A stretch of DNA of 64,000 bases from Calcarisporiella thermophila CBS 279.70 (Eukaryota > Fungi > Calcarisporiellomycota), in contig NW_027192224.1 of assembly GCF_041956535.1 (NCBI RefSeq), positions 122,195 to 186,194 on the forward strand, in the 5' to 3' direction. The stretch's first letter is position 1, and every line of letters begins with the position of its first letter. The notes beneath the pieces were generated by a model. It had not been told where the DNA came from. It searched no databases and saw only the letters and a list, made by a program, of their open reading frames with translations. A program made the translations under genes and the position numbers. Below, piece after piece: positions 62,980-64,000 of this stretch.

Positions 62980-63942
62980 TTAAAAGATGGCTGGTAGTTT
63001 TGCATCCCAGTTCGAAGGAAGCTTGAATCCAACAACGTGAGCCATGACAGCGGCCGTATCCATGTTTCGCAGCTGGCCTTTGATTTCGTGAGGCTTAATG
63101 CCGGGGCCTCTGGCGGCAAAGAGGACGTTGATTTCGCTAGGCATGATGCCTCCGTGGCCTTTACCCAAACCGCCGTGATCGCAGGTTACCAATACAAGGG
63201 TATCCTTGCTCTTGCCACTCGTCTCCAGCGCATTTAGGATTTGTCCGAATGCGGCATCCGTTTTAGGCCACCCGTTGACATAGGCGGTCGAGTTCCAACC
63301 ATGAGCATGGCCCAATTCATCCATATTCCCGTGATGGATGAAGAGGATTTGGAAATCGGTGTTTTTGATGTAGTCCACGGCTTTGGGCGTGCAGAGCGTG
63401 AAATCGTCACCAGTCTCTTTGGTCATCTTTACGCTACGCTCGATAATGCCGATGTTGACGGCCTTCCAATTGGCAATCGAAGCCATTTTAATGTCGGGGC
63501 GCTCTTTTTGCACGAGTTTGAAGAGAGAAGGGTATGGGGAATCCTCGGGGTATGGTTTAGTCTCGGCAACGGGGTTGGTAAGACCGTGCTTTGCCGGAGA
63601 TACACCGTGGATCATAGATCCCCAGTTTTGAGCTACAGAAAATGAAAAATAAAATAAAATAAATATATTAGTGGAGAGAAGAAAACAGAGCGTTCAAGGT
63701 AGGGAAGCTCTAGTACCAGAAATCGTGGGGATCATAGCTTTCGCCTTGTAACTGTACGCCGATTCCTTGATAAACTTTTTGAGATTGGGAGTGTTGCCCC
63801 ATTGCATGAACGCGCCTCCGCCATCGATGCCGAAGACAACGACGCGCTTGATTTTGGCGGCGGTGGTGTCAACTTCGTCGCCTAGAGATTTAGCAACGCA
63901 AAGAGCGACAAGGGTAAGAGTAGCAAGGGCTTTGAAAACCAT
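62980..63942 (-). CDS. Secreted alkaline phosphatase superfamily enzyme, copy C; intron 63633-63716; about 292 aa
   Basis: Signal peptide; VVVFGIDG, PTIS-A-QNWG, DELGHAHG, VTCDHGG, GHGG; same intron position as copies A and B. Confidence 0.9.
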
Positions 63943-64000
63943 TTTTGATTTCGGTGCTTAGCTGCCGTTCGCATTTCGTAAGATTCCCTCTCTTTTATAC

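Noticed and set aside
1-64000. CRISPR arrays, prokaryotic operons, tRNA/rRNA genes, intact transposases
   Set aside because: No repeat-spacer structure or recognisable consensus found; the sequence is spliceosomal-intron-rich eukaryotic DNA throughout, including the bacterial-like genes, so contamination is unlikely.

Overview
Gene-dense, intron-rich eukaryotic DNA from a fungus. Short 50-140 nt GT-AG introns, Zn2Cys6 and APSES factors, Bud6, and a PDK1 with an animal-type PH domain suggest an early-diverging lineage such as Mucoromycota; this assignment is inference. About 19 genes can be reconstructed by manual splicing: glycine decarboxylase P, three paralogous secreted alkaline-phosphatase-superfamily enzymes, Psr1-type phosphatase, HSF-type TF, BAR-PH-ArfGAP-ankyrin protein, a small disordered protein, Sec20, Ert1/AcuK, Bud6/Aip3, a USP34/24-like deubiquitinase, Dml1/Misato, a GDA1/CD39 apyrase, a PH protein, a BCS1-like ATPase, an APSES TF, PDK1/Pkh1, and a large orphan. 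The most notable items are: (1) the orphan at 58144-62127(-), which splices to about 1192 aa with a SAP-like - acidic - SAM-like - long coiled-coil - basic tail architecture that the ORF track mostly misses, and has MCB boxes upstream; (2) a bacterial-looking secreted phosphatase family with a shared intron, whose two most similar copies lie inverted about 57 kb apart; (3) a decayed L1-like retroelement fragment; (4) a GC-AG intron fixed by zinc-finger spacing; (5) several palindromic or structured intergenic elements. No rRNA, tRNA or CRISPR array was seen. All homology calls come from motif recognition by eye, not database searches.
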